From Bugula neritina (taxonomy: Eukaryota; Animalia; Bryozoa), in contig OZ037769.1 of the NCBI GenBank assembly GCA_964035545.1, forward strand, positions 15,592,633 through 15,656,632: DNA of 64,000 nt, in the 5' to 3' direction. Both the position numbers and the translations under genes were made by a program. Shown piece by piece: positions 63,139-64,000 of the stretch (within the stretch, counting starts at the first letter, position 1; every line of letters starts with the position of its first letter). Below the pieces are notes generated by a model. It worked only from the letters and a program-made list of their open reading frames with translations. It did no database searches and was not told where the DNA came from.

Positions 63139-64000
63139 CTTTTGTAGCGTTGGAAAGGAAGTATCTGACTCAAAACCTGTAAAAGAAATTACTAGATAAC
63201 AATCCACACTCTAAACTAGTATACAATAAAGCTTTTTCTGCAATCTAAAAAGAAAGAAGATAGCATTCAACTTTTAACATTGCTTACCAGCTATCACTGC
63301 TCTAGTACCATTGTATTAATTACTCTCTAGAACTAAAAGTTAATACGTGTTGCCTGCGTCATGGTAACTATGCCACTGATTGAGCACACACTGGCACGGT
63401 ATAGACCCACAGTGTTAGGGTGGAGACTGTATTGCATATTAGATGGGTAGCTTTAGTATCACAGCCTGCTGCTCAACACTTTAAGGGCCGTTATCAAGCC
63501 ACCCTTTTAGCATGGCGGTACAGTTTGTTGATTAGAATTTAGTGCATGGTGATAGGATGAACCACATGCCATTATAATTCTGGCATTAAATTAATCTTAC
63601 TTAGCTTTAAGGAAGAAATTAATAACTAAACTAATGATAGTTTCTAGATAACTGAAGAAGTATTTGATTGGAAAATTTTACACACAACCATCACATCTCC
63701 TTCATTACATTATATTGAAGTCTAATTAAAAAAGTTTAGCAAATTGATTACAAATTCTTAACTCTGGTATAATTGTTTGATGTATTCGAAGATATATTGT
63801 ACTTGTACTTGAAGGTGGGGCGTGTCAACACTACCCGTCTTCATTCTGTAAGGTGTGAAACTCTTGCGCCGTACTCCACATTATTACTATAGTAATTCAT
63901 GGAACCAAGTTTTTGCTATACGAATTTTTATTTTGTAGTAAAAATCTCATATATTATTTGCTGGGGTTCAGCATTATTCATCTTATTTATTCGCATCACA

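Overview
AT-rich genomic DNA from an invertebrate animal (spliceosomal GT-AG introns; taxon cannot be fixed from sequence alone). From left to right: (1) the 5' part of the splicing-factor gene SLU7 on the minus strand, running off the left edge. (2) A ~31 kb cluster (10.2-41.3 kb) bracketed by two convergently transcribed, apparently paralogous single-pass receptors. Each has a signal peptide, two divergent CUB-like exons, an S/T stalk, a TM helix and a Tyr-motif cytoplasmic tail, with matching intron phases. Between them, and in one case nested antisense in an intron of the first receptor, lie five intronless genes for secreted proteins (signal peptide, conserved helical pro-like region with RNTR, variable Thr mucin tract, uromodulin/GP2/OIT3-type D8C/D10C domain) and three truncated 44-45 aa mini-gene copies. 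A 24-bp VNTR multiplies a splice donor of receptor 2 in frame. The same intron holds a truncated Penelope-like element with a hammerhead ribozyme. (3) A gene-poor stretch with MITEs, minisatellites and a 1.55 kb tandem duplication. (4) A 4-TM membrane protein gene near the right end. The best candidate for an undescribed system is the receptor plus secreted D8C-protein cluster, a possible innate-immune or recognition locus. All gene models were assembled by eye and need RNA support.
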